64,000 bases of DNA. It comes from a virus. Position numbers and translations under genes: made by a program. This document shows positions 18,798 to 29,652 of this stretch, piece after piece. The stretch spans positions 32,001 to 96,000 of IMG/VR virus record IMGVR_UViG_3300047089_000152. One strand, 5' to 3'. Below the pieces are notes generated by a model, which made no database searches, was not told the DNA's origin, and saw nothing but the letters and a program-made list of their open reading frames with translations. Position 1 is the first letter of the stretch. The number at the start of each line of letters is the position of its first letter.

Positions 18798-19583
18798 TCA
18801 TAACCCGTGCACGAGGGTAATGATAGAGACAATCACCCCGGTAGCGACGATAAGCGCTACGACGATCGACACGACCGCGTTCTGAGACAGCCGCTGGTCG
18901 GTGCGCGCCTCCGTGTGTCCCCTGTCTGAGCCCTCACCCCGGTCGATGCGTTCTTTCAGTTCACTGATCCGGTCGGTGAGACTCTTATCCAGCGCGGTGA
19001 TCTGCGTCCCCACCAGGTCGATCTGCTTGGTGAAGTTCGTCTCCGTCTTCGTCGCGGCGGTGGTGTTCGCGTCGTTCTGCTGGGACACGGATTCTTTCTG
19101 GGCGAGGAGCGCAGCGTCCAGAGCCTCCTTGCTGGACTTCTTGTCTTGCTCGCCTCGCGTGTCCCGTTCGGTGAACTGCTGCTGGATCGCGTTGAACCGC
19201 TCCTCGTGGAGCTGACGCAGCCCTTCGACGGCGATCTTGATGTCTGTCTGGAGCCGTTCCCGCAGCGCGTCGGACTGCTCAGGGCCCTGGTTGATCACGC
19301 CATCCAGGATCTTCATGATCTTCTCAAGCCCGGCGATCCGCTGGGTCAGTAGCGCTTCCAGGGAGTTGACTGAGTTCGCGATGTCGATCTGCCGCTGGGT
19401 GGCACCTTCGCGGATGGTGACCTCGTTGCGGCCGATCCGGGCTTCCAGGATTTCTTTGACGGAAACCAGTTCGCGGCGCAGGTCATCCTTGGCCTGGGAG
19501 ACTGCGTTGTTGGTCAGCTCGGTGGGGTCCTGCGTCACCCACCAGCCTTGCCCCGGCGGTGGGCTTTGTCCCGGGTCGGTCAT
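18798..19583 (-). CDS. coiled-coil membrane protein (lysis region)
   Basis: heptad-rich, C-terminal TM. Confidence 0.65.
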   Translation of the reverse strand: MTDPGQSPPPGQGWWVTQDPTELTNNAVSQAKDDLRRELVSVKEILEARIGRNEVTIREGATQRQIDIANSVNSLEALLTQRIAGLEKIMKILDGVINQGPEQSDALRERLQTDIKIAVEGLRQLHEERFNAIQQQFTERDTRGEQDKKSSKEALDAALLAQKESVSQQNDANTTAATKTETNFTKQIDLVGTQITALDKSLTDRISELKERIDRGEGSDRGHTEARTDQRLSQNAVVSIVVALIVATGVIVSIITLVHGL

Positions 19584-19628
19584 GCTTTTATTATCAGGGA
19601 CCAGCAGTCACGGCGGTGTAACGAAATT

Positions 19629-19934
19629 TTAGGCGGGGCCGCGGACACCAGCCAGCGCGGAATCGAAGTTGAACGTCGCGGGCTGCGTACCCACCCCGTA
19701 GTACACCTGAGCGACCGCGAACAGGTTGTTCGACTTCGTCCAGAACGTCGCCGCGTCAGCGGAGGAGAACCCGAGCGTTACCAGCGCCGCGGTCTGCGCC
19801 GCCTGGTCCGCGCCGAGCGTAGCGATCCAGTTCCACAGCTTCACGACAGCCGACATGTCGGCCTGCATCCCCTTCGCGACGCTGGTGAGGATGTTGTTGG
19901 CCTGGTCGCTGCTCGTAGTGACACCTACGGTCAT
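19629..19934 (-). CDS. hypothetical tail-region protein
   Basis: abuts the minor tail gene. Confidence 0.6.
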   Translation of the reverse strand: MTVGVTTSSDQANNILTSVAKGMQADMSAVVKLWNWIATLGADQAAQTAALVTLGFSSADAATFWTKSNNLFAVAQVYYGVGTQPATFNFDSALAGVRGPA

Positions 19935-22900
19935 TCAGTTCCTCCTCGTTTTCCTCGTACGGTACACGATCGCGGAGTGTCCGGTACCGACAGTGCTGGA
20001 CCAGTTGCAGTACATCGCGATGGAGTGGCTGGCGGTCGTGTCGAACGCGCAGTTGACGGCCACGTTGTTGATGGTCGCGAACTGGTTGGCGATACCGCCG
20101 ATGTTGACGCCTTTCCGTGTGACCCCGCCGTCTAGCGCGCAGTTTACGGTCCCACCGGCCCCGGTCGTCTGGACGGTGGCGCGGAGCCGCAGGCAGAACG
20201 CGTAGGTCAGTCCCGTCTGGTTGATGACCGTCCCGACCGTGACAGAAGACGTACCGCTGAACGCCACACCGTCAAGGAAAAGGTCCAGTGTGAAGGTGGC
20301 CGACGTTCCAGCCGGGGTCGTATACGTCCCGTCGCATTCAAGCTCAAACTCGGACCCGGCGATGGCCTCATTCGCCACGTAGTTCAGGGTGCTCGACAGG
20401 ATGTGCGGGATCGTCTGCGTGTTCATCGTGAAGTTCGTCAGGTCGACCACGCACCGGTCGATGATCAGGTCGTTCCCGGCGCTGGACAGGTACCGGAGCC
20501 TACCCTGCGAGCTGGTATACAGCTGGCTGGCCCCGGACAGCGCCGCGGGTGCGCCGGACTGGCTGACCAGGGTGAGCTGCTGACCCATGATCCCGACCGG
20601 GTAATTGTTCCCGACCGTGTCCGTGCCCGCGACCGGGGCGATCGACGTAATCAGGTTCCCCGCCCCGACCGAACCGGTGTAGGCCAGGTAGTCGGGGAGC
20701 GTGTCGGTGCTGACCGACAGGAATTCCGCCGCCTGGATGATCGTCGCGTCGACGAACCCGGCGTAGACCTGCCCGGCGGCGATCAGCGACGCGGTGAGCG
20801 TGCCAGTGGCGATGTTGGACGCGACGATGGTGCCCGCCGCGATCAGCGAAGATATGATCGTCCCCGCCTGGATCGTGTTCGTCGCGTTGAACGTGATCGG
20901 GTTCCACGCCGACCCGTTCCACTGGGAGATCAGGCCGGTGGCCGAGTTGATCCAGATGTCGTTCAAGTTCGGGTTGGCGGGGGCGTTCACGGAGATCGTA
21001 ACGGCGTTCCCGCCCAGGGTGTGGATGGTGATCCCCTGGTTCAGCATCGACGGGGTGATCGACCCGTTCGCGATCAGCCCGGCCAGGCCCAGCGAGCCCT
21101 GCGCCTGGGAGGAGACGGGGCTCCCACCGGGGATCTGCGCGGTCTGGATGGTCCCCGGGTTGAAACCGGTCTCCCACGGGGTTTCGGGGACTGCGTTGAA
21201 CGCGAACGTCCACTCCTTCGCGTTCAACGTCTCGTTGTAACCCCACACCAGCTGCTTGATGACCGTGCTGGTCAGGAACGACGGGGGGTTCGTGATCTGG
21301 AAGTAGTCACCCAGGTCAAGGTTCGGGAGGGTGGAGAACAGGGTCGCTGACGTCGACCTGATCATCTTGACGGACACGACCGGGAACCGGACCTCGTCGA
21401 CAGCCCCGACGTTCAGGAGGAAATTAGCTATGCCAGGGCATTGCGTGTCAACCGCCGCGTTGACGCTGCGCGTGTACCCGTAACCGTTCCCGATACCGTT
21501 TGGCGGGTTCAATATCGACATCGCACCGGCCGTCAAAATAGCCTGCTGCGTGTACCCCGTCCAGTTCGTGATCGTGATATTGTTCCGGGTCATCTGGTCG
21601 TCATACGCCGGGGCGAGGGACGCGTCGATGACCGCCGCGGTGTAGTTGAACGTGACCGACACGACCTGGTTCGCCATCGACGCGTTCGTCCGGTACCCCA
21701 GGCCGAACTGGTCTTTCGTCTCATACAGCAGCCCGCAGTCGGTGTCCTCAATCGACTGGAGCACGTTGGAGATCGTGTCGTCCAGCTGGGGCCCCAGCGA
21801 AGCTGACGCGGAACTGGTCCCGATCGTCTCCGTTGCTATGCCCTGCTCGGCGCAGACGCGGGTGAACCTGTCCAGCGCCTTCTCACCCACATACCCGTTC
21901 AGGGCTGTAGCAGCCGCGACCATCGACGTGGGGGCACCGTAGTTGACGTGGAGATGCCCGAACGCCGTGTCCATCAGCGCGAACGCACGCGAAACCTGAA
22001 TCCGGGTGACCGCGGCGATCGTCGCGGTGGTCAGCGTGCCCGTCACCGACTCGGTGATACCGGAGGCTCCCTGCTGGATAATCCTGAGCGCGAAGTTGAT
22101 GTTACCACCGGAAGGGACAAGTTCCATGGACACCAGGTACGATGCGCCTTTGACGTTCGTCGTGGTCGTCCCGGAGAACACCACCGCCCCACCGGAGTTC
22201 ACCCCCTGCATTTGCAGGGTCCCGGCCGCGTTCAGGTACAGCTCGAACTTCCGCACCGTCCCCGACGGGGAGTCGATCTCGACCAGGTTCCAGTTCGTGG
22301 TCCCAGAACCTGAATCACCCGCAGGGGGCACGGTAAGCAGGAACCGGGTCACGTTATTCGTCGGTGTCCCACCGGCAGGGACAGTCGCGATGATAGAAGC
22401 CCCGTTAAGGACCGGGATCGCGTCGCTGCCGTGGAACGACTCACTCGACGCCAGCGACAGTCCCGCCTGCCCCCCCACGAACTGCTGCAACGCGTTTGCT
22501 GTGCCAGCCGGTGACCCGAACGGTACCAGCTGCCCCGACCCTGTCCCGTCCTCGCACGGCCAGTACGCCTGCACCGCAGGGCCCGTCAGGTTGTCCACGT
22601 ACCGGCGGAACGCAGAACCTATCGTGGTCAGCTGCTGGGAGATGCGCCGCCAGATCCCCGACGCGACCACGTCCACGGACACGTCCCGGCCGGACGGGTC
22701 CCACCGGGGTGGCCACTCTGACACTTCACCCCAGAACCGGAAACCGGCATAGTTCTGACCCGCCGTCGACGTGGCCGACAGGAATACCCTGATCTGCGTG
22801 TTCCTAGTGATGTTCGGGAAATACGCCCCGGCGCTGTTTTTCGGGGTGAACCGGCCGTCCCGGTCGTTCAGGGTCAAAGTCAGCTGCGCGGGCTGGATTG

Positions 22901-23177
22901 TCGACGTCCAGTCCGCCCGTCCCATCCCCGTGATCTGCACCGGGTTCCGCTGGTACACGTACTGGGTGACGTCCGTCCACACACCGCCCAGCAGCAGGTC
23001 AACCCGCAGCCCAAGCCGCTGCGCGGGGAACGTCGACGCTGTGACAGTAGTACCCGGGATCCCCGCCAGCCCCGACGCGGTAGCCAGCTGAGCCAGCACA
23101 GCCGTGGTCGACACCGTCGACTGGAGGGCGGTACCCGCACCGGAAGCGAGCTGCGCGGGGGCATTGGTGGCTGGCAT
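19935..23177 (-). CDS. minor tail protein
   Basis: follows tape measure; WTDVT.YV..R..V.I..GR pattern. Confidence 0.8.
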   Translation of the reverse strand: MPATNAPAQLASGAGTALQSTVSTTAVLAQLATASGLAGIPGTTVTASTFPAQRLGLRVDLLLGGVWTDVTQYVYQRNPVQITGMGRADWTSTIQPAQLTLTLNDRDGRFTPKNSAGAYFPNITRNTQIRVFLSATSTAGQNYAGFRFWGEVSEWPPRWDPSGRDVSVDVVASGIWRRISQQLTTIGSAFRRYVDNLTGPAVQAYWPCEDGTGSGQLVPFGSPAGTANALQQFVGGQAGLSLASSESFHGSDAIPVLNGASIIATVPAGGTPTNNVTRFLLTVPPAGDSGSGTTNWNLVEIDSPSGTVRKFELYLNAAGTLQMQGVNSGGAVVFSGTTTTNVKGASYLVSMELVPSGGNINFALRIIQQGASGITESVTGTLTTATIAAVTRIQVSRAFALMDTAFGHLHVNYGAPTSMVAAATALNGYVGEKALDRFTRVCAEQGIATETIGTSSASASLGPQLDDTISNVLQSIEDTDCGLLYETKDQFGLGYRTNASMANQVVSVTFNYTAAVIDASLAPAYDDQMTRNNITITNWTGYTQQAILTAGAMSILNPPNGIGNGYGYTRSVNAAVDTQCPGIANFLLNVGAVDEVRFPVVSVKMIRSTSATLFSTLPNLDLGDYFQITNPPSFLTSTVIKQLVWGYNETLNAKEWTFAFNAVPETPWETGFNPGTIQTAQIPGGSPVSSQAQGSLGLAGLIANGSITPSMLNQGITIHTLGGNAVTISVNAPANPNLNDIWINSATGLISQWNGSAWNPITFNATNTIQAGTIISSLIAAGTIVASNIATGTLTASLIAAGQVYAGFVDATIIQAAEFLSVSTDTLPDYLAYTGSVGAGNLITSIAPVAGTDTVGNNYPVGIMGQQLTLVSQSGAPAALSGASQLYTSSQGRLRYLSSAGNDLIIDRCVVDLTNFTMNTQTIPHILSSTLNYVANEAIAGSEFELECDGTYTTPAGTSATFTLDLFLDGVAFSGTSSVTVGTVINQTGLTYAFCLRLRATVQTTGAGGTVNCALDGGVTRKGVNIGGIANQFATINNVAVNCAFDTTASHSIAMYCNWSSTVGTGHSAIVYRTRKTRRN

Positions 23178-23185
23178 CTAACGGC

Positions 23186-26100
23186 TCACCTTTCCTGTAA
23201 GTGACTGCCCCAGGCGCGCTGGACCGATCCGCCGCCCTTGACCTTGACGTTTTTCTTCAGCCACGAGATCAGGAACGCGTCGAACGCGTTCCCCGACGGG
23301 GTGATCTCGAACGTGACGGTGGGGCCACCTGAAGCGCTGACCGCCTCATTCCGCCCGGTCCCGTTGTACGCCATCGTCAAACCGGGTTTCAGCCATCCGC
23401 CCCGGTCATAATTGACCATCCCGCCCAGCATGAACGGTGCCACCGAGGAGATGAAAGCCCCCAGGTTCCCGGCGACGTCACCACCGTACGTGTGGGTCAC
23501 CGGGGGTAGCACCGGGCCGGGGGGCGGGGGAGTCACCCCGGGGTGCGCCGCGATGAACGCGTTCGAGTAGCCGAGCATCTTGGAGATAGCGTTGACGGTT
23601 GCCTTGTCCCTGCCTAGTTGCGCTTTCCAGCCCTTCACCGGCCCGGCCAGGGATTTCAGGCTGCCAGCCGCGCGGATCTCCTTGTCCAGGCCGAGTTCGT
23701 TCACGCCCAGCTGGCCGCGCCACGCACGTTCAACGGTCAGCTCGCTGCCCAGCACACCCAGACGGCGGGTCTCATCCGCGGCTGTCGCGGCCCAGAACTT
23801 GTGCTGCCCGGAGGATAGTCCCTTAGCCCCGGCCAGCGCCTTGGCCCGGCTGACCGCTGCTTGCATCGCTGCTATCTGCTGGTTCACCACGACCGGACCC
23901 CACGCGGCGCCGAACCCGCCCCCACGCTTAGACTGCCATGCCCTCAGATACGCGGACCCGCGTGACGCGACCGACCCGCCGGCAGCGTACCCGGGGACCA
24001 TGCCACCCGAACCGTAATATCCGACACCGCCAGGGTGCGCGTAATACTGGTTCCACGCGTTCACCGGGTTGCCGTACCGCTGCGCGATGTACGCGTACAT
24101 CCAGGACAGCTGCGGGCCTGCGTGCGACCCTCCAGCAGCCTGCGCGGCGAACGGCATCTTCGTCGGGGGCAGCGCCTGCGGGATGCCGTACGCACCCGAG
24201 GAGGGGTTCCGCGCGAACCGGTTGTATCCGGCCTCGTGCATTTCCAGGGTGTTGAACGACGGCCACATCGACGAAGGCCACGGGAACATGCTCCTGGCTA
24301 TGGCCAGGTTGGCTGCCGCATCCCCGCCGGTAGGCCCAGCACCGGACACACCCCCTGAAGCAGCCGCGGCAGCCGCGGCCTTCACCGCGGCGGCCTCGGC
24401 GGCTTTCAGCGCGGCCCGCATCATCGACACCATCGACGCTTGCATCGTGGTGCTGAACTGGTGGTACTTATTCACCGCGTACTGGCCGGAAAGCACGGTC
24501 CGGTCACCGGCCTGGACCAGGCCACCACCTGAGAACCCGGGTAGCATCCCCCGCAGGTGATCAACCGCACCGGCGTTGACCATCTTCGTCGGGACGACCA
24601 CCTCACCGGGCATCAGCATCGCCGCGACACTATCCTTACCGGGCGTACCCCCGGTGACATACCAGCCCGCCGCGGCCTGCTTCTGCTTCCCTGTCGCCGC
24701 GTTGATCTCCGACAGGGAAAACGAACCCTTACCCGTCATGAGCAGCTCGAACGCCGCGGACTTAGGTATCCCCAGCACCTTCGCGATCATCCCGGCGATC
24801 TTTCCGGTGCTGTCATTCGCGGCGCGGCCAGCGGTGACAATCTTGTTCGCCGTGTCCACCAGCGCCTGCGACCCGCTATGCGCGGCTGCGGGCAGCTTAG
24901 AACCAAGCCTCTGATCCATAGCGTCCAGGACCGCTGTCGCCTGCGGCCCCTTGATACCCAGGTCTGCGAGGTCTTTCAGCAGGGTCTGGCGGGCCCCGTG
25001 CCCGGCCGCTGTTGCTTGCGTCCCGTGAATGACAGATTTCGCGTACGCGTTCATCGCGCCCTGCAACCCGACCGCGTTCTCCACCGCGACCGCCATGTCC
25101 TTCGACAGGTCCTGAGCCAGCGTCGCACCCAGCTTCTGCGCGTCCAGGGACATGTTCGAGAACGAGATCGCCGCTGCCGCGGCGGCCTTCTGAGCCGCAC
25201 CCAGCGGGTCCTTCGTTTTACCCGCCCATTTAGATAGCAGCTGAAGGTTCGTGGTGGCCGGACCCCCCGCTTCCTGCGCCAGAGCAGAGATCTCCGCCGC
25301 GGCCACCTTCGATGTCCCGGCCATCGGGATCATCACCTGCACGACTTCCTTGATCGCCGCGATCTGCTGAGACGAAGCAGTCCCGGTCAGCCGGAACGCG
25401 TCAGCCATCTGCGTCGCAGCGTTGAACGTGTCCTGGAAGTCGGTTTGCAGCTGCAACGACGCGTCCGTGACCCTGCGGGACACACCCGTCAGGCCGGTGC
25501 CCAGCCCGGAAATCGCCGCGCCCGCCACACCCGCGTCGTTGCTGAACCGTTTCAGCGTGTTCGCGAACGTCAAGAACCCGGATACGGGGCCCGCCACGAT
25601 CTTGTCGAAGGTGTCAAACGCCGTGTTCAGCGACTGGACGTTCTTCAGCTGGTCGGACTGCGCGATAGTCAGCACGTTGATCGCGCTGCCCAGCTGGGTC
25701 GCGCCCACCCCCATGTTCGCGTAACCCTGAACGACACCGTTGATCTGAGTAAGTGCCTGCGTCCACTGCTTGCTGTTCCCCAGGAAATCGGAGACCTTCA
25801 CCCCGGCCAGCGCCGCCAGGGCCATCGCCCCGGACAGCCCGTCAGTCCCGAACGCGTGCGTGATACCAGCTAGCCGGCCCGTCACCAGGGTCAGCTGGCC
25901 CGCCAGCTTGTTATGCTCCTCAGCTAGCCGCTGCACGTCCTGCGCCGCGTTGGATATGCCGCTAGCCTGCAACGCGATCTGCAACGCGGCCAGGTTACCC
26001 CCGGACGTTTTCAGCGCGCCGCTGAGCTTGCCCGTCTCATTCGACAGTTTCGCTGTCGTCTGCGACAGGGCGTTACTGAGCGTGTTGATGAGATTCAGGG

Positions 26101-27928
26101 GGGTCGCGTGGGCGACCAGCCGGTCCATTGACTCGTTGAACCTGTCAACCGCCGACTTGCCCCGGCCCAGCCACAGGTACAGAGCCGTCAGCGCCGCGAC
26201 CGCGACCACCCCGATCGCGATCCACGGGTTAGCGGCGATCAGCCCCCCGAAAGACTTCGCCAAAGCAACCACCCGGCCCGGGAGAGCCTTAAGGTTGTTA
26301 CCCAAGTCGCGGAACGTCGCCCCGAGGACAGCGAATTTCGTCCCCCCGCCCGCCGCTGCCAGGTCCTTCACAGCGGTCCCGGCCAGTCTCGTCCCCACCG
26401 CCGTCGCGGCGAGCTGTTCCAGCGGTCGCAGCAACCCGATCAGCGCGGTTGTTGCCAGCCCTGACCACAACCAGATCCCGTGGACAGCCACGACCACCGC
26501 GAGTATCGGCAACGGCAGTTTCGTGAAAATGTCGAAGAGTCTCGCGGCGGCACCGACGATGCTCAGCAGAGCCTCAGCGATACCGGTCTGCTGGGTGACC
26601 CGGATCAGTCTCCCGAACGCGTCACCCAGCGACACGGCGATACGGCCGAACTCTTGCAGGTCACGCTTACCCGCGGCCAGGAAGTTCGACAGGCCGGAAC
26701 CGCTAGTCGTAGCCAGGACGGTGATCTTAGCGGCCAGCCGGTCGATGAAAGCGCCCGTATCGACGGCGAGCTTGTTGAAAAGCCCGGTCTTGGTCCCTAC
26801 GATCGCGATCGCGTCACCGTACAGCTGCCACACCTGCGGCCGGACCGTGTTGTGAAGCTTCTCCAGGTTCCCCGTCATCGGCGGGATCGTCGCGTTCAAA
26901 GCGTCGGAGACCGTGTGAATGTTCTGGAGCCTGTTGAACACTGCGCGGGCCGCGTCAGCCCCCGCGATACCGAACGCTGCCAGCCCCGCAGCTGCGGTGA
27001 CCAGCGCCGGGATGATCACGGCGAGGGTTTCTATAACGGTATCCAGGGCGATATGCCACCCCGACACGGCGGACAGCCCCCCGAACAGCGCCACCCGGGC
27101 GGTCAGCGCCCCGATACCGAACCGGCCGAACGCCCCAGCCCCCTGTATCAGCCTGTTGTTCGTCGCCGCGACCACAGGGTTGAGCCGTTTAAACGCCTCC
27201 TCCAGCCCGAGGAGCTGCCCCTCAGCCGCGGCTAGCCCCGCCAGGTCGACCTTCCCGCCCAGCTTCAGGTCAGCGGCCTCACGTTTAAGCTGATCTATCG
27301 CCCCTTCAGACACCGCGATAGCCGTTATCAGCGCCTTGGCGTCGGCGCCCACCACGATTTTCCTCGCGTAACCCTTCAGCAGCGCGATCTGCGCGAGGAC
27401 AGCGTCGAGTTCCTTCTCAGCCTTGTTCCTGTCGACGTCCAGGGGCAGACCTTCAGGGTCACCCAGCGAAGCGCGCAGGTGGAACGCTTTTTGTTCCAGC
27501 CTCGCGATCTGCAACAGGGCCTGCTTCGCGTCCGCGTCGATCTTCAGACCCGAAGCGTCCTCCCGCAGCTGCGCCAGGTTCGCGCGTTCCTTCGCGATCG
27601 CAGCGTCTATCTTCCTGGTGTCCGCGTCCATCGCGATTTTCGCGACCGTATCCGCTAGCCCCTTAAGTTGCAGCTGCAACTTGCGGATAGTAGCCTCTGC
27701 GGGTTTCCCGTTCGCCCCGATCTTAACCTCGGCGAGCTGCCTGTTCAGGTCAGTCATCCGCGCTTTCAACGCGGCTATCTGCCCGCGGGCCTGCGTGGTG
27801 TCCGCGGTGACAGGGATTTTCCCCTCAAGCCCCGCCAGGGCCTTCGTCACACCGGCGATCGCCTGGCTGCGGAACATCTTCGTGTCCGCCTCAATCGAGA
27901 CGAACACCTCACCGATACGGCTAGCCAC
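23186..27928 (-). CDS. tape measure protein with C-terminal transglycosylase domain
   Basis: 1580 aa, Ala-rich; HEAGYN..ARNPSSGAYGIPQALP; YDRGGWL.PG...AYNGTG. Confidence 0.9.
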   Translation of the reverse strand: MASRIGEVFVSIEADTKMFRSQAIAGVTKALAGLEGKIPVTADTTQARGQIAALKARMTDLNRQLAEVKIGANGKPAEATIRKLQLQLKGLADTVAKIAMDADTRKIDAAIAKERANLAQLREDASGLKIDADAKQALLQIARLEQKAFHLRASLGDPEGLPLDVDRNKAEKELDAVLAQIALLKGYARKIVVGADAKALITAIAVSEGAIDQLKREAADLKLGGKVDLAGLAAAEGQLLGLEEAFKRLNPVVAATNNRLIQGAGAFGRFGIGALTARVALFGGLSAVSGWHIALDTVIETLAVIIPALVTAAAGLAAFGIAGADAARAVFNRLQNIHTVSDALNATIPPMTGNLEKLHNTVRPQVWQLYGDAIAIVGTKTGLFNKLAVDTGAFIDRLAAKITVLATTSGSGLSNFLAAGKRDLQEFGRIAVSLGDAFGRLIRVTQQTGIAEALLSIVGAAARLFDIFTKLPLPILAVVVAVHGIWLWSGLATTALIGLLRPLEQLAATAVGTRLAGTAVKDLAAAGGGTKFAVLGATFRDLGNNLKALPGRVVALAKSFGGLIAANPWIAIGVVAVAALTALYLWLGRGKSAVDRFNESMDRLVAHATPLNLINTLSNALSQTTAKLSNETGKLSGALKTSGGNLAALQIALQASGISNAAQDVQRLAEEHNKLAGQLTLVTGRLAGITHAFGTDGLSGAMALAALAGVKVSDFLGNSKQWTQALTQINGVVQGYANMGVGATQLGSAINVLTIAQSDQLKNVQSLNTAFDTFDKIVAGPVSGFLTFANTLKRFSNDAGVAGAAISGLGTGLTGVSRRVTDASLQLQTDFQDTFNAATQMADAFRLTGTASSQQIAAIKEVVQVMIPMAGTSKVAAAEISALAQEAGGPATTNLQLLSKWAGKTKDPLGAAQKAAAAAAISFSNMSLDAQKLGATLAQDLSKDMAVAVENAVGLQGAMNAYAKSVIHGTQATAAGHGARQTLLKDLADLGIKGPQATAVLDAMDQRLGSKLPAAAHSGSQALVDTANKIVTAGRAANDSTGKIAGMIAKVLGIPKSAAFELLMTGKGSFSLSEINAATGKQKQAAAGWYVTGGTPGKDSVAAMLMPGEVVVPTKMVNAGAVDHLRGMLPGFSGGGLVQAGDRTVLSGQYAVNKYHQFSTTMQASMVSMMRAALKAAEAAAVKAAAAAAASGGVSGAGPTGGDAAANLAIARSMFPWPSSMWPSFNTLEMHEAGYNRFARNPSSGAYGIPQALPPTKMPFAAQAAGGSHAGPQLSWMYAYIAQRYGNPVNAWNQYYAHPGGVGYYGSGGMVPGYAAGGSVASRGSAYLRAWQSKRGGGFGAAWGPVVVNQQIAAMQAAVSRAKALAGAKGLSSGQHKFWAATAADETRRLGVLGSELTVERAWRGQLGVNELGLDKEIRAAGSLKSLAGPVKGWKAQLGRDKATVNAISKMLGYSNAFIAAHPGVTPPPPGPVLPPVTHTYGGDVAGNLGAFISSVAPFMLGGMVNYDRGGWLKPGLTMAYNGTGRNEAVSASGGPTVTFEITPSGNAFDAFLISWLKKNVKVKGGGSVQRAWGSHLQER

Positions 27929-27931
27929 AGG

Positions 27932-28369
27932 TCACACCTGACCCTGGAGAGCCCACAAGGACTCCATCAAGAACGGGTACGGCCTCGCACCAGGATGATG
28001 CACGAGCGGCCCGAAATACCCCGTCGCGTAATTCGACAGCGACCAGGCCCCAGACGATTCGATGACGTGCGGTTTCGTGCCCCTCTCCAGGAACTGCGCC
28101 GCACCCGACGCGGACACCTCAGACCACGGCGTATCCGAACCGATCGCATGCAGATACGAATGGATCGAAGCGGCCGTCCCACCCGGTGGGGTCGACGTCC
28201 CCGGCCGCCCGCTCTTACCCGGCGACCCCACCACCCGCTTACGGACCTTCGCCCGGGCATACACCGCCGCCCGGCCACCCAGCTCCTGCATCAGATGCGC
28301 GACAGGGCCAAGAGGGTCATTCAGGAAAGCGCGGATCTCAGCCTCGCTGAACTTCACGCGTACACCCAT
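27932..28369 (-). CDS. HK97 gp10-like tail/neck protein
   Basis: FLE.GTKPH.I...V.HPG.RPYPFL. Confidence 0.75.
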   Translation of the reverse strand: MGVRVKFSEAEIRAFLNDPLGPVAHLMQELGGRAAVYARAKVRKRVVGSPGKSGRPGTSTPPGGTAASIHSYLHAIGSDTPWSEVSASGAAQFLERGTKPHVIESSGAWSLSNYATGYFGPLVHHPGARPYPFLMESLWALQGQV

Positions 28370-28647
28370 CAGACCTCCCCGTCCCATTCGACACCCAGCG
28401 AAGCCATATGCTCGCGGAGCTGATCCTTCGCCGTCGATTCCGCACCCTGATCTGCGTACAGCTCGTCCATGAACTGCTTCTTCTGCTCCTCATCCAGCGG
28501 GTTAGTGATACACGCCAGGGCTAGGTTGCACGCTTGCCGCGGGGTGAGCGACGTGATACCGCGGCCTGTCTTGTAGATCTGACCGCCGTCGATTTCCGCG
28601 AAGTGCTCTGCCGCCCAGCCGAGGAGCTGGAAGGCGACTCGGTAGGG
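28369..28647 (-). CDS. -1 frameshift extension of tail assembly chaperone
   Basis: start-less 92-codon frame PYRVAFQLLGW...GEV* beginning at CGC CCT A; TGATG overlap with the next gene. Confidence 0.75.
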   Translation of the reverse strand, partial: PYRVAFQLLGWAAEHFAEIDGGQIYKTGRGITSLTPRQACNLALACITNPLDEEQKKQFMDELYADQGAESTAKDQLREHMASLGVEWDGEV

Positions 28648-29084
28648 CGCGCCGCGATCAGCTTGATCGCCTGGGCCACCACATCCATCAGTTCCTCAGC
28701 ATCAGCCTTGCACCGCACCGCATGATCCTGGAACCTGTCCCAGTCACCTTCACCTGCGAACGCGCAGTCCCGGGCAGCGGCACTTTTCCCCGCTTCCTTA
28801 CAGCCAGGGCAGTTACCGCACGGATCCTCATCTTCCAGGATCACGTCCCGCAGGATCTCATACATCGCCGCGTACGCCCGGTCATCATCGGTCCGCAGGT
28901 TCGCCGCGTGGCTGAACTTCAGCAGCGGCATCAACCCGACCTTCTCCGAAACGCGGAAAGACTCCCCGGCCAGCGTGATAACCCTGGCCGGGGAGATGAC
29001 TTCCCCGGACAGCTCCGGGTCTGTTGCCTGCTGTAGCTCGATCGCGCCGCGTTCCGCAGCGTCGTCCATCTCTTCGTAGTCCAC
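28521..29084 (-). CDS. tail assembly chaperone
   Basis: position after major tail gene; ARPT + Ser-rich tail. Confidence 0.75.
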   Translation of the reverse strand: MDYEEMDDAAERGAIELQQATDPELSGEVISPARVITLAGESFRVSEKVGLMPLLKFSHAANLRTDDDRAYAAMYEILRDVILEDEDPCGNCPGCKEAGKSAAARDCAFAGEGDWDRFQDHAVRCKADAEELMDVVAQAIKLIAARPTESPSSSSAGRQSTSRKSTAVRSTRQAAVSRRSPRGKRAT

Positions 29085-29175
29085 CGGGACAGAACCTCCT
29101 TGCCTGAGTAGCATGAATGGTGCCGTTCCCCAGCGGCGTGGCAGCGCCCCTTACCGGGGCGCTGCCACTTACGGA

Positions 29176-29634
29176 TCAGGTACCAGCGATACCGGAAGAC
29201 GGGTAGCGGATGATCGGCGTTGCAGCATTCCACGTCGACTTCAGGCTGACCGCAGCGGAGACACCACCAGCAACCGAGTAGTCCGGCAGGACCGCGCCGA
29301 AGAAGTACTGGCCGGGGGCGGTGCCCTGCGCACCGATAGTCGACGGGTACAGGTACATGTTCCGCGAAAGACCATCCGTCGCAGCCACATACGTCTGCGC
29401 CGTGGCCGTGTCATAGAACCCCGAGAAGTCACCCGACGCGTCGGGCAGGCCAGCGACCCAGATCAGGTTCGGGTCACCCATCGCGGTCACGTCAACCTTG
29501 TTCACCACGAAGTTGATAGACCAGTCAGTCAGAAACGCCATCGGCGACGCGATAGCCGTACCGGTAGCGAGACCACCACCGGGACCGGTGACCCCGACGT
29601 AAACGATCCCGTTACGACCGTGGATACGTGACAT
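29176..29634 (-). CDS. major tail protein
   Basis: RIHG.NG...WSIN...VDVTAMGD...AGLPDASG.FSGFYD. Confidence 0.8.
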   Translation of the reverse strand: MSRIHGRNGIVYVGVTGPGGGLATGTAIASPMAFLTDWSINFVVNKVDVTAMGDPNLIWVAGLPDASGDFSGFYDTATAQTYVAATDGLSRNMYLYPSTIGAQGTAPGQYFFGAVLPDYSVAGGVSAAVSLKSTWNAATPIIRYPSSGIAGT

Positions 29635-29652
29635 TTGCTGTGCTCCTTCTAC

